Part shown: one piece after another, positions 9,189 through 18,177 of the stretch
Layout of the letters: each line of letters starts with the position of its first letter
Numbering within the stretch: position 1 is the stretch's first letter
Assembly (NCBI GenBank): GCA_903840935.1
Contig: CAIMHT010000040.1
Location: 1,592-65,591 of the forward strand
Direction of reading: 5' to 3'
DNA length: 64,000 bases
DNA from: an uncultured Chlorobiaceae bacterium
Lineage (GTDB): Bacteria > Bacteroidota > Chlorobiia > Chlorobiales > Chlorobiaceae
Notes under the pieces: model-generated
What the model was told of the DNA's origin: nothing
Seen by the model: the letters and a program-made list of their open reading frames with translations, nothing else
The model's database searches: none
Position numbers and translations under genes: made by a program

Positions 9189-12100
9189 TTATGCGGCAAA
9201 AGCTGCGATATAGTCTTGTTCCCACTCGTTGAGGGTAAAGGTGTCTTCAAGTGTTGGATCGGCGGCATCTCCGGCAAATTCTCTCCGAACGGTGATCGTC
9301 ACATCAATGCTGAAGAAGAGAATTCCGATTTCCAGCGTCAGACAGGCTTCGCCCCACGCTTTGTTGTTTTTGAAATCATAGGTGAGACCGAGATAGAGTT
9401 CGACACTCACGTGAACCAGTCCAAGCACATTGAGTGATCCCCCTGCCCGTACATAACCGGTGAGGTCTGCGACTTTCTTCGTTATTTTAATATAAATACC
9501 AGCCATGACGTGAATACCGCCGCTTGCCACACCAATATCAAGTGACAAGTTGCCCCCGAATTCAAGCGAGAGCTCCAGCGTTTCCACTCCGTCAAGTCCA
9601 ACACCAATGGCGAAGAAGCCACCGCCACCAAAAATCGTTACAGAAATGGTGAAGGGATTCTGGCGCTCTGAAAGAGCAAAGCGTGCCCTGAATGGGTCTC
9701 CGGTGAAGGGGAGTGTGGCCGAGGCATTAAGTGCAAGGTTTTGCAGGGAGAAAACACCTACCTGGATCGATGGAAGCTGTATGCCGTAACTGATCTCCAG
9801 CCCCTCGGCGGTCACATCAATACTTGGCGGATCAACGAACCGGTCAAGCTGCAATTTGTCCGCAATTTCAGCAATAAAACCGAGAGCGCCGCAGAACCTG
9901 ACGTTGCCCATATCCACGTTCACCTCGGGTTTTCGTCCTGCTTCCATGTACATTGAAAACTGCTTGAACGGTATCTCGATGACACCTGCGAGGGTGATCG
10001 TGAAATCAATAATCCGGGCATCAATGGTTGTCTTGAGCTCAGTTGCGGCTCCGACCTGTACGTTGCAGGTGATTTTCAATGTTCTTGCACTCCCGGACAC
10101 AAAGGGGGCTGCATCAGCTTTCAGCTTGTCAGTTTCCCATACAAACGAACGGGTGAGTTTCCCGTTTTCAATGGTGTTGACCCATTGCGGTATCTGCAGG
10201 CTGCCGCCTCCGGCAAAATCGGTAATCTCTTCGAGTATCGAAAAAAGGTCAATACCGCCAAGGATTTTAGCTGATGCTCCACCGAAGAAATCCTGCGGAT
10301 TGAACTTGCCGTTGGCAAACTTTGCGAGCTGATCGTCAATGGAGCTGCTTGCTCCAGCTTTTGCCCCGACGATACCGTGAGCTCGAGATAGACCGCTTGC
10401 TCGCATTTCGGGTGAAATCATACCGCCTACCTTGTCGGTATTGTTGCCGCCGCCATAGCTTATCGCAACACCGTCATTGAATTTGGCAAAAATCTCACCC
10501 TGTTTGTTGGGTCCGCTGAACCCATGCTGGAGGTAACCGGCAAAGAAGCTTATGGCGTTTGAGCTGCTGATATTGCCAAACTGGCGAATGGCCGGGACAA
10601 CCACATGAGCGGTGGTCATGGTCGGGTAGAACGGACGGGCCCAGGTCTCTGCGGAATTTTTGTGCCTGAAGAAGCCGTTGAAGGTGATGCTGGTTGCCTC
10701 AAGTGCTTCGTCTGCTGCGCCGAGTGAATCGGCAAATACGATCTTCTGTCCACCGAAAGAGTAGGTGCGGCGACCCTCAAGGAGCGTCTCTGAATTTTTT
10801 TGATTGTCAATGACCAGTTGGACATCGGATTCAACCTGGGAAACATCACTGCGTACGAAGGCAAGAGGAGCGGAGAATTCAACCACATTTCCGTTCTTGT
10901 CGGTAGCATTCAGGCTGAAAAGGAAGTCAGTTTTGCCGACGCACGGCCAGAAGGCAGACTCACGTTCACTCGAAGTCGTAATCCCCTTGATCATATCGTT
11001 ATCTCCAATCTCGTCAAGCAAGGGAGTGATCTTTGTCAGCAACCGCACGCTCCTGAACGGAATCTCGCGAGCCTGGTTTGGAAAGACTCCATGACCGGTC
11101 TGATCGTCGATATAGTTCCGTTCAAATTCTTTGCTGACAATAAACGATCTTTTGCGCAGCCAGGCGCCAACACGGCCCGGCGGGTTCTGGCCGAATTTTC
11201 GCTCGGTGATTTCAATAAGCACAGCCCTGTGGCCAAACGGAAAAAGGTAGCCGCGCATGACGACCTGAACAAACTGGTCGCGGCCAAGTGTCGAGCGGTG
11301 AAGCCACTTTTCCAATGGGTACTGATCTTCAGGTAATTGTGCCCAGTCGCCATCCAGATTCAGCCATGCACCGAGAGCGGTAAGCATCATGCGGTTGGCG
11401 TCAACGGCTTTCAGTGCGCTGTTTTTGACGATGAAATTGCGGTCTTCAACGGTCAATGGGCTTAATTGTGACTTCTCTTTGAAAGGATCCATCGATACGC
11501 CCGGAGTGTTATCGACCGACCAGATGGCTCGGACGAGTGGCATGGTTGGCTTTGGCGTGCGAAGTGATGAATGGAGGCGTGCGTGCCACAAATCGACGCG
11601 CGGGCTGGCAGCCATAGCTGTCGAAACGGCGGTATCCCAGTATCCATGCTGGTCGGGAGAAAGAAGAAGGCGGTACGGAGCCTCGATTGCTGTGCTGTCA
11701 AGGGGTGGCGGAAATTTTTTGATGTAGATACGCTCACTGGTGGCGGCAGGTGTGAACCAGCCATGTGCAAGTCTTGTTTTTATCAGGCCCTGCCTGGCGT
11801 AAACCGGTGCTGAACTCTCCGAAGCGCTGAGAGCGCGATCATCGAGCCGTGGTTTCAGGTTCTCGCCGTTCCAGTCGAGCAGATGCTCAATGGTGTAGGG
11901 GATTTCGGTGATGCCATCTTTGACATCGAATACCAGTCGGGAAAGTCCGGCGCTACGGTAGTTGATCGGTGTTGCGGGCACATCATCGGCTGTTGTGTAT
12001 GTGGTCTCGATAAAGGCTTGCTCACCGATGCTTTGTGGTGGAAAGTAGACGACAATTCGCGGCACATCGTTGGGAGAGCGGAGAAGATGACCGGGGTCGA

Positions 12101-13541
12101 TACCATGAAACTCAGGACGAAGGCCGAGGAATTGCAACCCAAGCACCATCAGGTCCCGCGGGCGGACGATTTGTGTCAAAGTCCATTCCGGCAGCCGAAT
12201 ACGTGCATAAGGATCCGAATCGGAAACATTGATTTCTCCTTCGGCGAGGGCCAGAGGACGATTGAGGGGTGCAATCGAAAGCACCATGGTGCTTGTTGCC
12301 AGCGGAGGCATCGGATCAACCACGGTTTCGTTCAGATGCGGCGCGGTTGCTATCAGGACGAAATGCAATCCCTGCGGTTGCAGACCGCTGCCATTGGGCG
12401 GTGCTCCAATCCAGGGTTCGCCGGCACCGGGTATGTCGAGCAGCATAAAGCCCGGCTTGCGTGGCATAGGCCCGAGGCCGAGGCTGCACCGTTCGGTATG
12501 GAGTGCGAGGGGGAGCTGCGTGCGAACAGCAAGCAAAGCGGCTCCGAGCCGGGTGCCATCACCCTGGTACACTGCCGCGTAGACCGGCATTTGCAGTGGA
12601 ATGGCAAACGGCACCATGTAGTCGTTCAAAAGGTCTGCACCGGGCTGGAAGAAGAGCCCGTTGGCAGGCAGGCCTGCGGCAATCACGGCACGACGCACGA
12701 CACCATTGATTCGTTCATCAGCTTCGATAGCCAGTGAGTGAAAGGCCGGAAGAGGGCTCAGAACACGCCAGCCTGTGACTCGCTCTGGCCAAAGAGGTAT
12801 ATTGAATGCTTCCTGCTCGGGAATAAAAAGCGCTGAGCGGCGGTTGGCTGGCAGAGGAAGCGTACTTGGCATGCCGGGAGCGAGCAGCGCGAGAGCAAGC
12901 ACTCTGGAGTGGATCGTTTCCCCTGATGTGGTCAGTTCGACAATATGCTGGACTCCCCCGAAAAGAAAGAGCCAGGATGGATAAAACTGTGCATTTGTGG
13001 ATCCGCCTGCCCTGAGATTAACTCCTTCAGTCACCCGGCAGATGGTATCATCAAAGAAGACCTGTGCCTCAGCCGGTGTTTTGCCGTTGAGCCAGTCCAC
13101 AAGATCAACCTCTGCTGAGAAGCCGCAGAAGGGAAACTGCAACTCCATTTTTTCGACTCCATTGACAATAAAGAGACGCGCAGTAAAATCTGCCGACAGA
13201 TCCAGTCCGGGGAAACGCGAGCGGGTGAGGGTGATAATAATCTCGGAATTGTTTTTTCTTGCTGCGACCTTGAGTTTTGGTGTTCCGGCAAAACGGGTGG
13301 TGTCGGCACTCCATTTTCCGATAAGACCTGTTGACAGGGTAACCAATTCCGGGGTACAGGAGATGGTGACGGAACCGAACGTGATCTTTTTTACCAGTGA
13401 CACCTTTCCGGGTTTTACCGGCAGGACTTCCCACTTGTGAAGCGTTTGGCCTGATTGGGAGACCAGAAATTTTCTGGACTCATCAAGGCGAAGATAGCTG
13501 TTGGTTTGAAGGACGGAGAGGTTTAGCTCTGTCTGTTTCAT
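9189..13541 (-). CDS. Large uncharacterised protein, 1,450 aa, with a Gly/hydrophobic beta-rich C-terminus
   Basis: Long ORF with RBS AAGGAG; no recognisable catalytic motif and no obvious signal peptide. Confidence 0.9.
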   Translation of the reverse strand: MKQTELNLSVLQTNSYLRLDESRKFLVSQSGQTLHKWEVLPVKPGKVSLVKKITFGSVTISCTPELVTLSTGLIGKWSADTTRFAGTPKLKVAARKNNSEIIITLTRSRFPGLDLSADFTARLFIVNGVEKMELQFPFCGFSAEVDLVDWLNGKTPAEAQVFFDDTICRVTEGVNLRAGGSTNAQFYPSWLFLFGGVQHIVELTTSGETIHSRVLALALLAPGMPSTLPLPANRRSALFIPEQEAFNIPLWPERVTGWRVLSPLPAFHSLAIEADERINGVVRRAVIAAGLPANGLFFQPGADLLNDYMVPFAIPLQMPVYAAVYQGDGTRLGAALLAVRTQLPLALHTERCSLGLGPMPRKPGFMLLDIPGAGEPWIGAPPNGSGLQPQGLHFVLIATAPHLNETVVDPMPPLATSTMVLSIAPLNRPLALAEGEINVSDSDPYARIRLPEWTLTQIVRPRDLMVLGLQFLGLRPEFHGIDPGHLLRSPNDVPRIVVYFPPQSIGEQAFIETTYTTADDVPATPINYRSAGLSRLVFDVKDGITEIPYTIEHLLDWNGENLKPRLDDRALSASESSAPVYARQGLIKTRLAHGWFTPAATSERIYIKKFPPPLDSTAIEAPYRLLLSPDQHGYWDTAVSTAMAASPRVDLWHARLHSSLRTPKPTMPLVRAIWSVDNTPGVSMDPFKEKSQLSPLTVEDRNFIVKNSALKAVDANRMMLTALGAWLNLDGDWAQLPEDQYPLEKWLHRSTLGRDQFVQVVMRGYLFPFGHRAVLIEITERKFGQNPPGRVGAWLRKRSFIVSKEFERNYIDDQTGHGVFPNQAREIPFRSVRLLTKITPLLDEIGDNDMIKGITTSSERESAFWPCVGKTDFLFSLNATDKNGNVVEFSAPLAFVRSDVSQVESDVQLVIDNQKNSETLLEGRRTYSFGGQKIVFADSLGAADEALEATSITFNGFFRHKNSAETWARPFYPTMTTAHVVVPAIRQFGNISSSNAISFFAGYLQHGFSGPNKQGEIFAKFNDGVAISYGGGNNTDKVGGMISPEMRASGLSRAHGIVGAKAGASSSIDDQLAKFANGKFNPQDFFGGASAKILGGIDLFSILEEITDFAGGGSLQIPQWVNTIENGKLTRSFVWETDKLKADAAPFVSGSARTLKITCNVQVGAATELKTTIDARIIDFTITLAGVIEIPFKQFSMYMEAGRKPEVNVDMGNVRFCGALGFIAEIADKLQLDRFVDPPSIDVTAEGLEISYGIQLPSIQVGVFSLQNLALNASATLPFTGDPFRARFALSERQNPFTISVTIFGGGGFFAIGVGLDGVETLELSLEFGGNLSLDIGVASGGIHVMAGIYIKITKKVADLTGYVRAGGSLNVLGLVHVSVELYLGLTYDFKNNKAWGEACLTLEIGILFFSIDVTITVRREFAGDAADPTLEDTFTLNEWEQDYIAAFAA

Positions 13542-13928
13542 GGCAATCTCCTTTCATGAAAGTACGACCGGCGATCGGCCGTAAAATGAGTAAGGTTCTA
13601 TGTTCTGCGTTTTGTGGCTGCACCGGGTGGCGGCAGACGATAATCAGACGAATTTTGAACCCTCTGAGGGTGCAAATACTACAGAAGAAAAGCTTTGGAT
13701 TCGTATATTACTTGCGGACGGGCTCTTAATTTTTTGAATACATTTTGTACCAAAAAAAAATATATCTAATTTATTGAAATTTTAGTGTTTTTTTGATAAA
13801 AATCAAAATATAAGTTGAAGGTTTTGATGGAATTTTCACCCTGACCCGTAGCAAAAGCAACGTTGTTCAGCTTGACTTGACGAAGCTGCCATGAAGCAGA
13901 TGCTCTCAAAACGTTCTTGACCTGTGCA

Positions 13929-14384
13929 TCAAGCCCTGGTGGCCCACCACTCTTCTCCGTAGCTGTAGAAAAGCTCTTCACCCTTCTGTATATTTCGTAA
14001 TGCATAGAGCACAAGTTCCAGACCGATTTCTCCCTGCTCGCGATAATAGGCTACGTTGGGTGTCGAAGAGTGGTTGAAGAGCATTCCGTTGCCCATCACC
14101 ACAAGGCGAGCACTCTCCGTGCTTCCGTAAAAGACATAGTTCAGCAGTTCCCCCCCTACGTCCTGGTCAGTCACCTCAAGGGCAGGGCAGCGCTCGATAA
14201 TGTCGCCCTCACTGATCGCTTTCAGGGCAAAAGCCCCCCGTCCGCTAACCGTTGATGCACCGATCGTGACCAGCTCATCCCGGCTTGTCGAAGCTCTTTT
14301 ACCAAGAAAGAGTCCGATTGCAACACCGGCTATCGTGCCGATAAGAAGCATAAGAGGAATGATAACAACGGGGCTGAAGTTCAT
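13929..14384 (-). CDS. SET-domain lysine methyltransferase with N-terminal membrane anchor
   Basis: GRGAFA, LFNHSSTPNV and ALRNIQKGEELFYSYG SET motifs; hydrophobic residues ~5-27. Confidence 0.9.
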   Translation of the reverse strand: MNFSPVVIIPLMLLIGTIAGVAIGLFLGKRASTSRDELVTIGASTVSGRGAFALKAISEGDIIERCPALEVTDQDVGGELLNYVFYGSTESARLVVMGNGMLFNHSSTPNVAYYREQGEIGLELVLYALRNIQKGEELFYSYGEEWWATRA

Positions 14385-14539
14385 CGGCTGATTGCGGTTG
14401 AAGGATATACCGCTTGGGCGGAAGCCGCACGGCAGGTATTGAAAATATCAGGGAAAATAGCAATTTTCAAGGGGTTGCAAGAGCGCTCAGAAGCAGATTT
14501 TTTGTTTACATGGCGGTTATAAAAATTGGATACCTGAAT

Positions 14540-14574
14540 AAAAAAAGGCCAGAAGAAGAAAATCTCCTGGCCTT
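14540..14574 (-). terminator. Probable intrinsic terminator of the outer-membrane protein gene
   Basis: AAGGCCAG(A/G)AGA stem at 14545-14574 followed on the minus strand by a T7 tract. Confidence 0.6.
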
Positions 14575-14596
14575 GGTTTCAGCAAATGCCAATAAT

Positions 14597-15154
14597 TCAG
14601 AACTGGTATCTGATACCTGCCATAATGTGCTGACTACTCAAGCTTACGTCAGCACTCTCTTTTGGACATTCAAGACCTTCCGGCTTGATGTAGCGGTACC
14701 CAAGATCCAGGGTGATATTGTCATCAACCTTGACGCCCAAACCAGCCCCAACCTGCCAGACAAAAGATCTCGTGCCATTTGATGGATTCCAGGAGACGTT
14801 GACATCAGCAACTCCAGCACCCGCCATCACGTATGGTGAGTATGCAGAACCCTGATTAATGTCATAATAACCATTTGCCATTACAGTCAGCAGTGACGCA
14901 TCAGACGAGCTGTCGTATTTATAATTGGGGTTTTCATACCCTACAGCAGCCTCAAGCCTGTACGTCCCGAAATTGTAACCGACCGCACCATTCCATACAA
15001 CGGAATTATTAAATTTATCAATAACCGGCCAACCAACTTCTTTCCAATCACCGAGCATACCAAGACCAAAAGAGCCGCTGACATAAGGCTTCGAATATGC
15101 AGGAGTGGAAACAATTCCTGCAAGCAACATGAGGCCAAAAACAAGCTTTTTCAT
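14597..15154 (-). CDS. Small outer-membrane beta-barrel protein (OmpA-TM/Opa-like)
   Basis: Signal peptide MKKLVFGLMLLAGIVSTPAYS; MANGYYD, PYVMAGAG and LDLGYRY motifs; C-terminal RYQF. Confidence 0.88.
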   Translation of the reverse strand: MKKLVFGLMLLAGIVSTPAYSKPYVSGSFGLGMLGDWKEVGWPVIDKFNNSVVWNGAVGYNFGTYRLEAAVGYENPNYKYDSSSDASLLTVMANGYYDINQGSAYSPYVMAGAGVADVNVSWNPSNGTRSFVWQVGAGLGVKVDDNITLDLGYRYIKPEGLECPKESADVSLSSQHIMAGIRYQF

Positions 15155-15381
15155 TTTTGTATTGATTATGTTTCTAAAAACACAACTTAAAAAACAAGAA
15201 CATTTATTAAGGACGTATCGTTCCTGGTCAGTTTTGAGGTGACAATGCCAACCATACCATTTCCTCGTTTTGGGGCAAAGATTTTTTGGCAACCTTCTTG
15301 CAGGGAGAGAGAAAATGAGCGGGGATGATGTACATTTCTGTTTAAATTTGAAGGAGTGAATAATTTTATTTGGATACTGAA

Positions 15382-15720
15382 ATGTGCGCGTTACCGAAAA
15401 AAAATATTATCAAAGCTGTAACGATTGGAAAAGAAGAGCAAAAAAGTCTGGAACGAAACCGGAAAAAGGTACTCTATCAGTCGACAATTGAGCAAATTGT
15501 TGATGGTTGGGCCGTAGGCAAGCCAGTGCTTGAGTCCACCGGCAAGCCGAGTGGATACTACCGGCTCACCAACTATCTGCGTCAGTACACCATTGCCCAC
15601 GAGAGTCTGCCCAAAGGGATTCACACCATGCCTGAAGGACGTGACTGCTTCAATAAGCTTGAACCCTCTTTTTTGGTGGATTTCGACACCATTATCGGAA
15701 AGATTGCCTTGCCTGAATGA
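15382..15720 (+). CDS. Hypothetical protein
   Basis: ORF fills the gap between neighbours; no motif recognised; start uncertain. Confidence 0.6.
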   Translation: MCALPKKNIIKAVTIGKEEQKSLERNRKKVLYQSTIEQIVDGWAVGKPVLESTGKPSGYYRLTNYLRQYTIAHESLPKGIHTMPEGRDCFNKLEPSFLVDFDTIIGKIALPE

Positions 15721-15921
15721 GATGCGTGTACTCTGCTTGATGGAAGCCGAATGTTTCTTTACTTTGTTGTTATTAAAAAAAAATGTTGACGATCTTTACG
15801 GAAAACTTTTTAAAGCGGAAAGAAAAGCACTCTCAATCGAGGCAATCGGTGAAGCTTTGAAGCGAAAATTTCAGCAACAAGAGCTATGAATGCCCTTGAT
15901 ATAAAAAATAGAGAAGAGCCT

Positions 15922-16317
15922 ATGAACACAAGAGAATTTTCGCCTTGTTTCGTCACCAAAAATGTAGATGCCTGCCGCGATTTTTATCAGCGTCACTTTT
16001 CGGCAAAAGCTATTTTTGATTGCGGCTGGTATCTCAACCTGCGGATTGCCGGAGACGGAGCTTCGATTCAGTTCATGCAGCCTAAAAAAGGAATCGCGGA
16101 ATACCGTGCTGAGGGAGTGATGCTTAATCTCAGGGTTGAAGATGTCGATGCAGAACATGCACGGCTATTGGGGGAGGGAGTGAAACCTGCCATGCCGCTT
16201 GAAGATCATCCTTGGGGAGACAGGGGATTTTCAATTATCGATCCTATTGGAACCTCTCTCTACATCTATTCTGATCGCGAACCGTCGAATGAATTCAGGC
16301 AATACTTCACCTTCTGA
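15922..16317 (+). CDS. VOC/glyoxalase family protein
   Basis: VDACRDFY, VEDVDAEHARL and DHPWGDRGFSIIDPIG motifs. Confidence 0.9.
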   Translation: MNTREFSPCFVTKNVDACRDFYQRHFSAKAIFDCGWYLNLRIAGDGASIQFMQPKKGIAEYRAEGVMLNLRVEDVDAEHARLLGEGVKPAMPLEDHPWGDRGFSIIDPIGTSLYIYSDREPSNEFRQYFTF

Positions 16318-16801
16318 CAAAGACGATCCTGCCGATCACTTGATTGACGGTATCACCTGCTCCATGGCCAGCCGGCATGATCTGCCGATGGTTCGGGCGC
16401 TTTTATCGGAAAATGCTCTTCCCTATGAGGATGTTGGCGAACATATCGGGCATTTTATACTGGCTTGGAATAACGGCACGCTTGTTGGAACCGTCGGAGT
16501 GGAATTGCTCGGAACCGATGGATTGTTGCGCTCGCTCTGTGTCAGCACTTCTTACCGCAACCGGGGTATTGCCTCCGAATTATGCAACCGTATCGAGGAG
16601 TATGTGCGCAATGCCGGAGTCAATCGGCTCTACCTCCTGACCATCACAGCAAAATTTTTTTTCGCCCGTCGGGGATACTCGGTTTGTGCGCGCGAAAGCG
16701 TGCCACCCGAAGTGGAAGGTACCGCCGAGTTCCGCTTTCTCTGTCCGTGCACTGCGGTTTGTATGGTGCGATGCATGGATGATGGCGCACCGCTCAGATA
16801 A
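16289..16801 (+). CDS. GNAT acetyltransferase, ArsN2-like (start uncertain)
   Basis: GLLRSLCV..YRNRGIA, LYLLTITA..FF..RGY and TAEF..LCPCTAVCM motifs. Confidence 0.75.
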   Translation: MNSGNTSPSDKDDPADHLIDGITCSMASRHDLPMVRALLSENALPYEDVGEHIGHFILAWNNGTLVGTVGVELLGTDGLLRSLCVSTSYRNRGIASELCNRIEEYVRNAGVNRLYLLTITAKFFFARRGYSVCARESVPPEVEGTAEFRFLCPCTAVCMVRCMDDGAPLR

Positions 16802-16915
16802 CCGGTCTTGGTGTGTTGTTTTAAATGGTAAGTCGGGGTATAGTGACGGAAGGAATGATCAGCATGTTTTTCTGGTTGTAAACTGTGATGCTAAAGCAAT
16901 AACCTCTTGCGAATC

Positions 16916-17323
16916 ATGAAGTTTACGACCTTTTTTCGTTATCTCTGGGCCTTTCCCAATACGTCAATCGGATTGCTGCTGCTTATTCCTTCGCTGGTTT
17001 CAGGTGGCAGGGCAAGAAGCGTCAGTGGTGTGCTGGAAATCACCGGCAGTTTTGCGGCATGGGTGCTTCAGCGAATTTCTTTCAGAGGGCCTGTTGCGGC
17101 GCTGACACTTGGTCATGTCGTACTCGGTGTGGACGAAGAGACACTTGAATGGTGGCGCAGCCATGAGCTGATACATGTTCGGCAGTACGAGCAGTGGGGC
17201 CTTTTTTTTATTCCCGCCTATCTTTTCAGTTCACTTGCAGCACGACTGAAAGGCAAGGACAGTTATCTTGACAACCGGTTTGAAGCTGAGGCGTTTTCTC
17301 TTCAACGCAGTGTTAAAAGCTGA
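16916..17323 (+). CDS. Hypothetical membrane-associated protein with HExxH motif
   Basis: ALTLGHVVL, HELIHVRQYE and YLDNRFEAEA (zincin-like). Confidence 0.75.
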   Translation: MKFTTFFRYLWAFPNTSIGLLLLIPSLVSGGRARSVSGVLEITGSFAAWVLQRISFRGPVAALTLGHVVLGVDEETLEWWRSHELIHVRQYEQWGLFFIPAYLFSSLAARLKGKDSYLDNRFEAEAFSLQRSVKS

Positions 17324-17398
17324 GATATGATAATTTCATTGACCTGTTGCTCTAATTGTAAATGAAAAAATTCGCAATAGTTTTTTTCATCTTTTAAC

Positions 17399-17473
17399 GT
17401 AAGTGCTAATAGTCAACAACGTCCCCCTATTGATATGGTTGGAGTAAGTGCTGATAGTCAACAACGTCCCCCT
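17399..17473. repeat. Two 30-bp direct repeats (1 mismatch) separated by 15 bp
   Basis: GTAAGTGCT(A/G)ATAGTCAACAACGTCCCCCT at 17399-17428 and 17444-17473. Confidence 0.9.
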
Positions 17474-18169
17474 GTGCTGAGGATTAGTGATTTGTCGAAG
17501 GTTTATATGATGGGGGAGGTGCGGGTTGATGCGTTGAAGCATGTTTCGCTGGAGTTTCATGCGGGGGAGCTGGCGGTGCTGCTGGGGGCTTCGGGCAGCG
17601 GGAAGTCGACGTTGCTTAATATTATCGGGGGGCTTGATGTGCCCTCTTCGGGGAAACTTTTTTTTCACGGGCGTGAGATTACTGCGGCAACTGAGGCGGA
17701 GCTGACTGCTTACCGTCGCCGTTCGATCGGGTTTGTCTTTCAGTTCTACAATCTGATTTCAAGCCTTTCGGCGCTTGAAAACGTGCAGCTTGTGACCGAG
17801 ATTGCCGAGAATCCCATGGAGGCAAAGGAGGCGCTCCGACTGGTTGGTCTTGGTGACCGCCTGAACCACTTTCCGGCGCAACTCTCCGGCGGGGAGCAGC
17901 AGCGGGTGGCGATAGCGAGGGCGGTTGCCAAGCGGCCTGAGCTGCTGCTCTGTGATGAGCCAACGGGGGCGCTCGATTTTCAGACGGGTAAACTGGTGCT
18001 TGATGTGATTGAAAAGGTCAATCGCGAACTGGGTACGACAACGCTCGTCATTACCCATAATGCTTCGATTGCCGGAATGGCTGACCGGGTGGTGCGTCTG
18101 CGGAGCGGTGAGCTCTCCGAGGATCGGCGGAACCTCACCCGGATGTCACCTTCTGAACTGGTCTGGTAG
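17435..18169 (+). CDS. ABC ATP-binding protein (LolD/MacB-type)
   Basis: [28 protein letters not shown] and [10 protein letters not shown] motifs. Confidence 0.95.
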   Translation: MVGVSADSQQRPPVLRISDLSKVYMMGEVRVDALKHVSLEFHAGELAVLLGASGSGKSTLLNIIGGLDVPSSGKLFFHGREITAATEAELTAYRRRSIGFVFQFYNLISSLSALENVQLVTEIAENPMEAKEALRLVGLGDRLNHFPAQLSGGEQQRVAIARAVAKRPELLLCDEPTGALDFQTGKLVLDVIEKVNRELGTTTLVITHNASIAGMADRVVRLRSGELSEDRRNLTRMSPSELVW

Positions 18170-18177
18170 GGCGAGCG

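Noticed and set aside
17399-17473. Possible mini-CRISPR array
   Set aside because: Only two repeats, a 15-bp spacer, no cas genes, and the second copy lies in a coding region.
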